A model generated the notes under the pieces. The model ran no database searches, was not told where the DNA came from, and saw only the letters and a program-made list of their open reading frames with translations. Shown here piece after piece: positions 12,690 through 23,045 of a stretch of 64,000 nt of DNA (positions within the stretch are counted from its first letter, which is position 1; each line of letters begins with the position of its first letter). Source of the stretch: Lama guanicoe (lineage: Eukaryota); NCBI GenBank assembly GCA_013239625.1, contig MU053933.1:2751026-2815025 (forward strand). The letters run 5' to 3'. The position numbers and the translations under genes were made by a program.

Positions 12690-13157
12690 TGTCGACTGAC
12701 ATACACGCGCAGCCTAAAAGCTGAGTCATGTTCTGTTTGGCGGGAGGACTTGGGCCGAGATGACGGCCTCTCAGATGTCTCTGAGGGGCTACTCCGAAGA
12801 GGTAGGGGAGGAGCTGGATGTATAGGGGCTTTACAACAAAGACCAGGTAGTCGGAACAATGCAAGATTACTTGTTATCTAAAGAGAATCAGGCATCTCAA
12901 GGTAAAGAATTTGCGCTGTTCTATGTGTGGGAGGAAGCAAACACTTGGGCTCACTGAATTCATTCCCTCGACAAGCACCTGGCTGTCTAGGGCCAGTGTC
13001 CTGTCCTTTCTTACTCCGAGTCCGCTCAGAGGGCACATTGTGAGTGGCTGCAGAGGCCGGGCTGCAGGCCTGTCCCCACAGGGGGTGGCGGCAGCCGCTG
13101 ATGACCTGGTTCCAGCCTTCTTTGTTTACTGATATGGTTGCAGCATTTTCGTTCACA
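12690..13157 (-). mobile_element. ERV1 solo LTR, MER41-like (artiodactyl), copy 2
   Basis: TGTCGACTGA...CGTTCACA termini, 4-bp flanks CCGG/CCAG; same family as 4257-4714. Confidence 0.82.
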
Positions 13158-14325
13158 CCAGGAAACCCAGGGAAAGAGGCCACGGGGCCTCTGACGGCCG
13201 GGCCCGACGTCCCGGGCCGAGGGATCGCAGAAGCCATGAAGACCATCCGGGAAAGAATCCTCCATGAGCTTAAGGTGGCTGCAAAATTTACCTTCTACCT
13301 AAAAACTAGAGATTATGAAGGGGAATTTGAGTGGAAAGGACACTGCGGACAGGCAGCAGGGCGGTGTGCTCCTCCCTGGGAGTGGCGTGAGGGGGCTGGG
13401 GGGCATCAGGATCCCTTCTGGTGGAGACCCCCTGCCCACATCCTCAGCTAAGAGACCCTCCCCACAGCCCCGGGGGCCCGCATCCCCTCCCACCCTGCAG
13501 CGAGGACAGCGGCGAGCACCTGGCCCAGAGCTCGGCGGCGTGTGTGGCCCAGGTCCCCGGGTGTTTGATCTGAGAGGCAGGCCAGGGGCAGCGAGAGGGG
13601 AAACTGAGTCTCTGGCTGGGGCCTTCACTCCTGCAGATCAACCCAAAGGTACGCACCAGGTTCTGAATGCACCTCCCGCCCGGAGGAGCCACGGCTGTTC
13701 CATCGCTGACTGCTGTTTGATCATCATCACGTCTTTTGATCGACCTCTTCTGTGTCTGCGTTCCCTCGCTTCTCTACTCAGTAGCCGCTTGGGCTGCTCC
13801 GTGCAATTCAGGGGAGGCCTCGGAGACCAGACCTTTTTCTGTAAAGCAGAAGCGGGGGTGGCGGGGCTTGCGTGCCCAGGAGGGCCCTGCAGGCCCCACA
13901 TCGGACCCGACAGGCCCCACCAGCCACGGGGGTGACCGCCGGGCGTTCCCACCTGTCCAGCGACAGGGCAGCCCCCTGGCTGTCAGGGTGGTGGGAGGGG
14001 GCGGCGCTGCCGGGAGGGGCTGATGTGCCCCCTCCCCGTGTGCCCCGCCCCCGGGAGTCCTAACCATTTCCTGGACAGGGGGAGGGGAGGCGGCTGCAGA
14101 AACACCCCGAGCTGGGCCCTCTGAGCTTGGAGCGGGGGAGGGAAGCCAGGCGACTGGGCCAGGACCAGAGTCACAGGATAGGCTGCGGCACCCTGGGCGG
14201 CCTGGAGGGCGACGGCCGCGGAGGAAACACGCCCTGCGGAACTGTGGAGCTGCCGCCAGCCAAGCTGTCGGTTTTTCTTTCATCAAAGTTCCCTTCAACG
14301 TACTTTTCCTTAAGAACCCCAGTCT

Positions 14326-14462
14326 GGGGGGAGGGTGTAGCTCAGTGGGAGAGCGCATGCTTAGCATGCAGGCGGTCCTAGGTTCGATCCCCAGTCCCTC
14401 TATTTAATAAATAAATTAAGTAAGTAAGTAAGTAAGTAGGCAAACCCAACCCCCCTCCCCCC
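14326..14462 (+). mobile_element. tRNA-Ala-derived camelid SINE (Vic-1 type)
   Basis: GGGGGGAGGGTGTAGCTCAGTGGGAGAGCGCATGCTTAGCATGCA head, A box 14338-14348, B box GGTTCGATCC 14381-14390, AT-rich/(TAAG)n tail. Confidence 0.9.
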
Positions 14463-14488
14463 ACATGGACCCCGTCTGGGTTTGGGGT

Positions 14489-14998
14489 CGAAGGAAATCG
14501 AGACACCCCGCCCCAGACCCTCCCTGGGGCACAAGGGCCGGGTTGGGCTGAAGGTGACTGAGAGCCCAGACTGAGGAAGGGCCCTCTGCCTGCCCTTTCC
14601 AGCCTGAAGGCAGAGCGTGCGCTTCCCTTTCACAAAGAGAATCTCCACTTGTAGGGCTGTCCTCAGGGGGCGACTCTTGGGCTGGAGGCTGCCAAACAAA
14701 ACTCACTCCACAACTCTTGTTTCCAAACATTCCCTAGTTTCCTTGCCGCCTTCCCACACTCACCCCTTCGACCCACACCCGTTCCTCTTCCATAAGCATC
14801 CCCTTCCTTAAGATGGTATATAACCACCGCCACCACCCACCCTGCCTCTCCGGAGTTTTCTGCGATGCCCTCCTTCCCCACCATGTGCGCATGAAATAAA
14901 CCTTTTCTCCTGTTAATCTGGCTTTTCTCAGTTTAATTCACAGTCCTCCAGGACTGAACTTAAGAGGGTAGAGGAAAGGCTTTTTCCCCTCTCCTGCA
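14489..14998 (+). mobile_element. MER34-like ERV1 solo LTR
   Basis: TATATAA 14817-14823, AATAAA 14895-14900, characteristic end TTTTCTCCTGTTAATCTG...GGGTAGAGGAAA...CCTGCA; flanks GGGT/GGAT. Confidence 0.8.
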
Positions 14999-17900
14999 GG
15001 ATGTTTAGGGACTCGTACAGAGTTCGTCTTGCTTTAAATTCTGAGAAATGCTCGAAAATCTTTTTTAGATTGTAGCAGCCCCCCAGGCCGGACAGGCAGG
15101 GTGTCCCGTCGGCCAGTGGGGTAACAAGATTAGATGTCACCTCACTGTCCACACAGATGTTCTACAAGGTTGTCCTGACTCACAGAACTTTCTTCTCAAA
15201 TTACCCCAAAGTGCCTGTGTCATGTGTCTGGGGGTTCACGTCCAGCTTCTACAGAAGACGCACCACAGGTGACCGGGCAGCGGTGGGTGGACGCTCCTTC
15301 CCCACATCCTGCAGCCGACTGTGCGGCTCTCCATCCACAGTACCCCTCCTCCACCTGAGTCGCCGCTTGCTGGGCGTCCTCGTCTGCTCCCACACCCAGG
15401 GCTGGAATCTGGGGAGGCAGGCTTAGTTGGATATGTTCACACTGGTCTGTTACAAGGAGTGCTCCTGAGTCTCTTCTCCGGCAGGAGAACGGGGGCTGGG
15501 AGAGTGGCTGGATAACGGGCCCAGGCCGGCCCGACCGACCTCGCCAAGCCTGGGGCCACAGGCACGCGGCTCCATCTCTCAGGGCTGCGTCCCCCAGTGG
15601 CCCCCTTGTGGACTCTGGACTCTCCCTCTGTTTGTCCTACAAACATCCCAATCCAGTCCACCCCCTGGGGGGGGGGCTGCCCGGCCCCGTGGGTTGGCCA
15701 GTGGGGCCAGGAGGCCAGGTAGGAGTTCCCTCCCCACTGAAAATAAGAGAAGAGGCTCCCCCCTCCCTTTCCAGAAGGGCTTTCTCAGTCCTTTCCAAAT
15801 GTTTGTAAATCTTTTTAATGGCCGCATAATCCCTTGGCCAGTCTCACAACTCAGGAATGCTTCCTGCAGGCCTGCAGCCAGCTCTCTGAGCTGCAGTTGG
15901 AGGAAGGTGATTGCACACCTCCCCTTTCCTGGGAGGGGACTCAAGCTGCAAATCCTTCTTGTGTAAAAGAATCTGGTTTCTCTCTGTCTTTGTCGTGGCT
16001 TCAGCCGTCACCCGTGTGCTGCCTTTAAGGAGAGGGTCTCTGGGTGGTTTCATTCTAGCCCCCAGGAAAGCCTCAGCAGTGGGAGGAGACAGGGATCAAG
16101 GCACCCCCCTCCTGGTCACTCCCTGGGGCCACAGGCCCAGGCGGAGCCCCTCCCGTTGCCACCTGCTACTGCAGCCGTCCCTGTAAACGGCCCCTGCCAG
16201 ACACCCTCCCTCCTGGGTGTGTCTCCCTCTGCTGGGCACCCACCCCTCACAACCAAGGGAGCACCTTTCCGAAGTGGTCCTGCGCTTGGTCCTGATGGTT
16301 GGAACCGCCCAGGAGACGGAGGGCCGCATAGAGAGTAAGGGGCTCCAGGCCCTGGGGGAACAGCACTCCCCTCACCCCCACCCTGCCAGCCCACCCCCGA
16401 CACGCTCTGCTCGCTGGTCCTCACCGCTCCCCAGACCCTTCCCCCCTGCTGCACCCACACGCCAGGAGCCCCGGAACCCAGGACCCCACCTGTGCCTTTC
16501 TGTCATCCAGGGCACAGACTTCCTTTCCTGTCCACACGCCCTTTGAAACCCTGATGGGTCAGCAGTCGTGACCAGCCATCCCCACTGTGGGATGGACAGT
16601 CCCAGGCAAACCCTGCCACCCTGGTCACCCAGTTGGAGCTGCACAGGAAGCCAGCCGGCTGCCTCTCAGCCTCCTCGACCAGACCCCTCCACACAGCCTG
16701 ACCACCCCTCACCTCAGGGCCCCCTCACTTCCTCGGGTCTCTGGTTATAAGGGGCGGAAGATGGAGAGGAGGGCCTTCAGCAGAAGGACCACCCACACCG
16801 GCCTTGAGAGCCACGGCGGGGTACCAGCCTCACCCCATGCACACGTACACACGCGCACACACACGTGCACGCACACACACTCACGCTCACACACTCAGGC
16901 ATTCCCACACACGTGGATCTGGAATGAGTGGCGGGGGCGGCGTGCCCACATGGCCAGGTGTCGTGGGAGCTGGCACAGAAGCCCGGGAGGAGCCCGGCCG
17001 TGGGAGGAGGGCATGGCTGCTGCCGGAAGTGACGCGAGAACAGAAGTCCCGGGGACTCTGCGGGAGACTCAAGTGAGCCTGGGCTTCCCACGCAACCGGG
17101 ATGCGGTCAGGGAGCCAGACAGGCTCTCAGTCTCCAAGGGCAGCCATCTGAGCCCCAGCCCGCTGTCCAGTGCCGACAGGTTTTGAGCTGCGCCCTCCCC
17201 CACCAGGCTGGGCCCCAGCACCCCCAGGGCTGCTCCAGTTCCCAGGCCCCCTGACCGGCCCGGCCAAGCTGCTCTGAGCCTGGAGGCTGCCAAGCGCAGC
17301 GCCCCTCCTCGCTAACCCCCACCCCCCTGGCCAGCACCTTCCGCTCTCCCCAGCCGCGGTCACGAATGACCTGCATCCCTGGAGAACTGGGGGCGGTGGG
17401 GAGAGTCTGACTCTCCCTCCTCCTCCCGTCTGTGTGCGGCGGGTGGGCCCGCGGGAGACGCCCGGATCACCCCTCGCCACCCTGCAGGTCTAGACCACGC
17501 CCCTCCGTCTCCCCAAGCACCAGGGGAGCCCCTCCCCCGAAGCAGCTGGCCCAGCCACGCGCCCCTGCCTGCAGGTCTTATATCTCAAAGGGGGCCCACT
17601 AGCAGGCCGCCCCCCTCACCCCCCCCACAGGCTGCAGGCGGCAGGAGCGAGCCAGACACAGGCCCCGGGGCCAGGCAGCGCTGGGCCCCTCGGGTCGCCA
17701 CCCCGTAACCCACGCCTTGAGGTACCCCTGCCCAGCCACGTCACAGACAACAGCTCTGTGAGAGGCAAACCGACGCGCACAGGACTCTCACCTCTCCCGT
17801 GGAGGACAAAGCCGCGGTGTCGTGGAGGTACGCACAAGTGGCGTGCGGAAGCAGGTTGACTTTGACAGAGGGAGGGGCTCTGAGCGCTGAGGGTCCCATG

Positions 17901-19879
17901 GAAACTCCCCCGAACACTCAAGATACGAGGAGCTGGGAAGACAGCCCCCCACGTCCTCAGCCGGCCAGTCGCAGACACTGAGCACCAGGGCGCAGACGGC
18001 AGCCGCTGGCCCGTCACCGCCGGTGCCAGCAAGCTCACGTTTCAAGGCACTTCTGAGGCCAGGACAGTGACTCCTGAGCTGGCAGGACAGCCCCGCGCGG
18101 GGGTCACTTGGGCATCAGTGAGTCTTTCTTTACATTCCACTCCTGCCAGCGGCTTCCTCACGGGCCCCTTTTGGGGGAATCCTCAGGGCTCACACCTCTC
18201 TTGGGGGATTCTGGGCTCCTCCCCTCTCGGGGTCTCCACTCCACACTGGGTGAGGAGGCGGGAACACGCCCAGTGCTCTCCGTCTCCACCGGCTCCCGGG
18301 TGGGGCGTGGGGGGTGTCCTGTGGCCCCAGCATTTCCCTCCACCCCCAGGAGCTGGTGCCAACGCTGTGTGCTCCTCCAGGACTCGGAGCCCAGAAGTCC
18401 CTCCTGCGTCCTTCTCTCGGGCCCTAGGATGGGATTTGAGGGGGTGTGAAAGGCTGGCTGGCTGTCTCCCCCGTCCTCAAGTCAGGACTCAGCCCAGCTC
18501 TGAGACGGTGGTGAGGGGTGGGGCTCAGCTCCCACGTAAAGGGGGCTGCAGGCAGCGAAACTGAGCAGGAGCGGACGACGTGCTGGAAAACGCTTGAGCA
18601 CTGAGAGCGTCGTGAGTGCGGCTCTCCCGCGAGATGGGCAGTGAGCAGCTGGGGCCAAGCCGCACGGCGGGGCGACGGCTCACAGTGGTTCCGCTGGTCA
18701 CCTCCATTCCCCCTCACGCACGGGCAGGTGGGGTGGCCCCCTCCATCCCGGATGGTTAGCAGATGGCCCTGCCCCAGGCCCTGTCTCTCGTGTCCACTGG
18801 CTCAAAGGTAGCCGTGGCCCCGCGTGGCCCAGGCTCCCAGGTGGCCCTCGGGGAGAATGGCTGGGCTAAGAGGCAAATCTCAGCTTCGCCATGACTCCGG
18901 AAGAATGTTGCGGGGATGGGACCTTTCACCGCGTCTCCAACAGCCTTCCGCTCTCCTGGGCAGCCCACGTGCCAACCCCAGCCCGCCCCAGCCAGGCCCC
19001 CGTGCCCCGACCGCCCGTCGCCGGGCTGCGGGGCCTCCCCAGCCCTCCCTGTCTCCTTGTTCACAGTTCTCCCTCCTCCCTCCCCTCAGCTCGGGGCTGG
19101 CCCTCGTCCCTGGGGTTGATGGCCCAGGACACGTCTAATTGATGGTCAGTGAAAATGCTGATGGGGTGATTTTGCCCGCCTGCTGCCCTGAGACACTCCA
19201 GGCACCTTCTCACGGGTTCCCCGTGTAATGAGAAAAAAGCTAGAATCGGGCCGTTCAGACTTTGGCTGGCCTCCACGCATTGTTCATGCTTCAGCTCCCA
19301 ACTTCCTTTAGTTCCAAATGAGCAGAAGTTCATGAAGTCTGTTTACCCCATCGCAGGGCAAATGGCCCGTGTGATTCACATTCCGGCCACTTCCTTCAGG
19401 ATGCGTTATCCGAACATCCACTCTTTCAGTCCTAGAGGCCAAGAAATTTCCATCTGCTCAGAACAGACAATTTAAAACACATCCGAACCGAAAGGAACTT
19501 ATGACTCAGCAGAGTCCCCACGAGTGACTCACCAGTGTTGAGTAAATCTGGCCGTGACGCTTCTGGCGCAACGCTCCTTTCTTTATTCACTCGCGGACTC
19601 CTCGCCAAGTGGCCGCTGGGGGCCAGGCACCATGTGGAGTGGCCCAGAAAGTCCCCATTCCCAGGAGTGCATAGTCCGGCGAGGGGAGAAGCCGGATGGT
19701 AATCATGAGTCCAGCTGTGGTCAGGGCTGGGGCCAGCGTGGGGAGTGGGGAGCTGGACCAGGCACCCGGGGCAAAATCCAAGCGGGCAGCCCTCAGGTCT
19801 GGCCCCCGCGGCACCGCCCGAAGGGGCGCGTCCTCACGTCCTATTCCTCGTGGGTGGCTGCTGCCACCCAACCGTAGTC

Positions 19880-20620
19880 CTGCGAGGTGCACGTGTCAGT
19901 GCCCGACTGTGTGCAGCAGTCTGTGCATTGCTGCCCAGCCTCCCATCGGACGGACGCACAGCCACGCCACCGTGGACGCTGGAGTCGCTTCCTGCCTGCA
20001 GGATTATGGCCCTGCTGCTGTGAATAATCTCGCGTGTCTTTGGGTGAACTTGACAGGCACCTCGGTGGGACACACACCAGGGAGCGGAATCGCTGGCTAC
20101 TGGTGTGAAAAGTCCCACCTTAGAAGAGAGTGACCCCTCGTGCCCCGGAGTGGCTGGAACCGTCTGCTCGTCCACCCACGCTCTGCGAGGGCTCCAGGCT
20201 TCCCACGTGCTTGTCAACACCCAGAATTTTCCGTCGTTCCATTTTAGCCACTCTGGTAGGACGGAGTTTCGTGGTCTGACGTGAGTTTCCCTGAGTCACA
20301 AGGCTGAGTGCCTCCACACGTCTGTGGGTCTCCCCCAGGGGAGGGACTGTTCAAGTCCATGACCACATGTCTACCGGGCCGTGCCCCTGGGTCTGGATCC
20401 GGAAGCGCTCTCCATGCGCCCTTCCCACAAAGCCCCCGTTGGCTCCGCTCACTCGGAAGGTCACACTTTCCGTGAGGTCTTCATGACGCACACCTTCCCT
20501 GGTCCATTTAGGAGACCATGATTTTATATTTCCTCACGCCATATCCCTAAATCTTTGTTGTTTGACCTTTCAGCCTTAGAGCAACCGTCCGCCTGGAATC
20601 GCCGTGTGAGCGTGACGTGC
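19880..20620 (-). mobile_element. Ancient L1 (ORF2 3' end), GC-eroded
   Basis: TGCTGCTGTGAATAATCT, CCAGGGAGCGGAATCGCTGG and CCATTTTAGCCACTCTGGTAGG correspond to L1 antisense motifs TGCTGCTATGAACATT, CCTAGGAGTGGAATTGCTGG and TTTTAGCCATTCTAGTAGG. Confidence 0.72.
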
Positions 20621-21164
20621 AGCGAGGCGCCGTCTGAGGACAAGACCCCCCCGCCCCGCCCTGCGTCCCCCTCCCCCAGCGTGACACGGCCCCGCTCGGC
20701 GCGGAGCGGCCCTGGCTTCCTTGCAGCCAGTGACGGAGCGGCACGTTTCTGCATCTCTCCACCTCCACCCGTGCTGGGATTTGAGACGGATCCCCACACG
20801 CAGGACGCTTGAGGTTTTGTTTTCCTTCTTCCTCTGGTCTGCCAGGTTTTGCTCGGTCAGCCTCAGTGTGATTCTGACGTACCTGGCGCTGCAGCCGCTG
20901 CCTTCCATTTGTCTCCTCTGCTCTGTGTCCCTTCTCTCTCAGTCCCTTAATTATCCTCTTTTTAAAACGTTACTGCCTTTAAAGTTATCCCACACTCCCC
21001 TCTCTGTCCTGCTTGCGTGCGTTCTGGCTGCCCGGCGCACGCACCCCCGTCCCCGAGAGCACAGCGAGTCTCGGGGACGGTCCCGCGTCTAACGGAAGCT
21101 GGTGCCTTGCTTCCTCCAGACGGTGCGGAGCCGTGACCTCCTGAGTCCCACTCGAGCCCTGGGA

Positions 21165-21677
21165 GCAGAGTGGCCCCCGCCCCGGACGCCCACGCTCCAG
21201 TCCCCAGAGCCCATGAACGTGTTACCTTCGTACACGGTTGTGTCCAAGGTTTCGGCTCTTAAGATGCAGAGGCTGTGCTGGGTCACCTGAGGGGTCCCAC
21301 CCAAGCGTGGGGGCCCGGGAGCAGAGGACCGTCTCTGGCTTCAGTCAGACATTCAGAGCAGGAGAGGGGACTCGGCATGTGCTGCTGGTTTGGGGACAGA
21401 GGGACGGTGACAAGCAGAGCCGAGCCGATTCCAGAAAGGAAGGGGACGTCAGCCCTGCGCTGGGGGGACCTGAGCTCTGCCGGCAAGAGTGAGCCTGGAT
21501 GGGACGGTCCCCCCAAGGCCTGGGACGGGAGCGGCCCAGCCGAGCCTCGACCCTGGCCGTGCCAGGCCCAGCTGAGCCACCCCGACCTTGGGCCTTCGAA
21601 CTGTGAGATGAGGAGCTCTCGCTGTTTTCAGCCACATCCTTGTGGTGGCTTCTCACACAGCGGCAGGAGACAGACAC
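21165..21677 (+). mobile_element. MLT1 (E/F-like) MaLR LTR
   Basis: CCCATGAACGTGTTACCTT, GAACTGTGAGATGAG...TGTTTTCAGCCAC...CACAGCGGCAGGAGACAGACAC terminus. Confidence 0.65.
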
Positions 21678-21944
21678 CCCTCCGCCTGCCTTTTCTCGGC
21701 TCCAGCCATGACGCTGAGCTGCATCTGGGCCCACGTCGCTCCTGGCGGCGTCTCCAAGCTGCGCCCACGCCCCCTCCCGTTTCCACGTGGCTCTACGTGT
21801 CCTCACCAGGACGGCCCAGGACCTCTCAGCTCAGGCCCGCTGGAGACAAACTCCCTCCCGTTTTGTGTGTCTGAAAATGTCTTCAGTTTGCTCACATTTT
21901 TGCAGGTATTTTTGCTGTAAGCCACTTGCTAATTGTACAATAAC

Positions 21945-23045
21945 ATAAATTAGAATGTTGTTGACTTGCAGCCCAAAGAATAAATAAACGCCCATGAGTC
22001 CATGTGGATTTAGATAAAGGCCAACCATATAAACAAGCAAGGGAGAAGGGGCAACTCCTCCTCACAGTGAGACGCCAGCTACTAAATGTAGAAGGAATTG
22101 GGGAAACGGGGACTCAGCGCTGTGACCCTCCGGTACGACTGCCGCCGCCAGGCTGTACTTGCGCTGAAAGCTAAAACCAAAAATCAAAAAGAAAGGAAGA
22201 AATTCACTGCATTAGAAGCAAGAGAGGTTGAACAGTCTCTGATTAATCTAGGCTTGGCCTTCAGGGAGAGCCAAGTGACTTGTGAAAGAAACCAAAGTCA
22301 GCGAGGAGACTAGGGTTGTTTGAGTGAGTAGTCTGCATTAAAAAAGAAGCTAGAATCAGCGGTTAGACCCTCACAGGAAAGCAGGATATTTGCACAGTTC
22401 AGCTGTCAAGCACTGTGGAGGCGCGCTGCGGGTCTGTCCCGAGACCGAGCGGGCGCCCCTCCCCGAGTGTGGGCTGCACGCGGCAGCACGGAAGGGGGAA
22501 AGAGAGACCGTGTGCCGGAGACGCCGGCAGGGCCCCCACCCGAGGGCCAAGTTTGACATCCCCGGCAACAAGGGACCCTGCTGCCCTGGTCCTCCGGTGT
22601 CGTGTGCTGAGTGGTGGCCTTTCCGTAATCCGTCACCCCGCCGGGATCGCGGGCACACGTCAGACAAACCCCCACGAGGGTCAGTCTGGGAGATCCCTAA
22701 GCGCACTTCCCAGGAGCGCCCGGGTCACGGAGCGCAGGAGAGGCTGAGAAACCATCCCAGACTGGAGGAGGCCGAGGAGGTCCAACAGCAAGTGCGTGTA
22801 AGAGCCCAGAACAGAAAGAGGACATCGGTGAGCAGCGGGCGGAACCCCAGCAGAGTCTGTTGCTCGGTTCACAGCGTCATGTCAGGGACCGTTTCTCAGT
22901 TTCAGCCACCGCGCTGGGTGATGTAACGTGTCGACGTCGGGGGTGCTCAGTGAAGGGGCCGCGGGGACACTTGGTGCTACTTCTGCAACTCTTCTTAGGA
23001 TAGAATCTAAAGTTACCTCAAAATGAGAAGTTAAATAAATTAATT
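21945..23045 (+). mobile_element. L1MC/L1MD-like 3'UTR, centre strongly GC-eroded
   Basis: CCATGAGTCCAT, GGGAGAAGGGGCAACTC, TAAATGTAGAAGGAAT, TCAGACAAACCC, CTGAGAAAC, GAACAGAAAGAGGACAT and TGCAACT...AATCTAAAGTT occur in the order of the recalled consensus. Confidence 0.72.

Noticed and set aside
4257-13157. Two co-oriented LTRs of one family about 8 kb apart, resembling a full provirus
   Set aside because: Each has its own 4-bp flanks (GTGG/GTAG and CCGG/CCAG), and they differ by several indels. The interior holds MIR, MLT1, L1 and SINE fossils with no recognisable gag, pol or env. These are two independent solo LTRs.
14326-14402. tRNA-Ala(AGC) gene
   Set aside because: It has an extended G-rich 5' end, mismatched stems and an AT-rich SINE tail, and two sibling copies occur in the window. 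It is a SINE.
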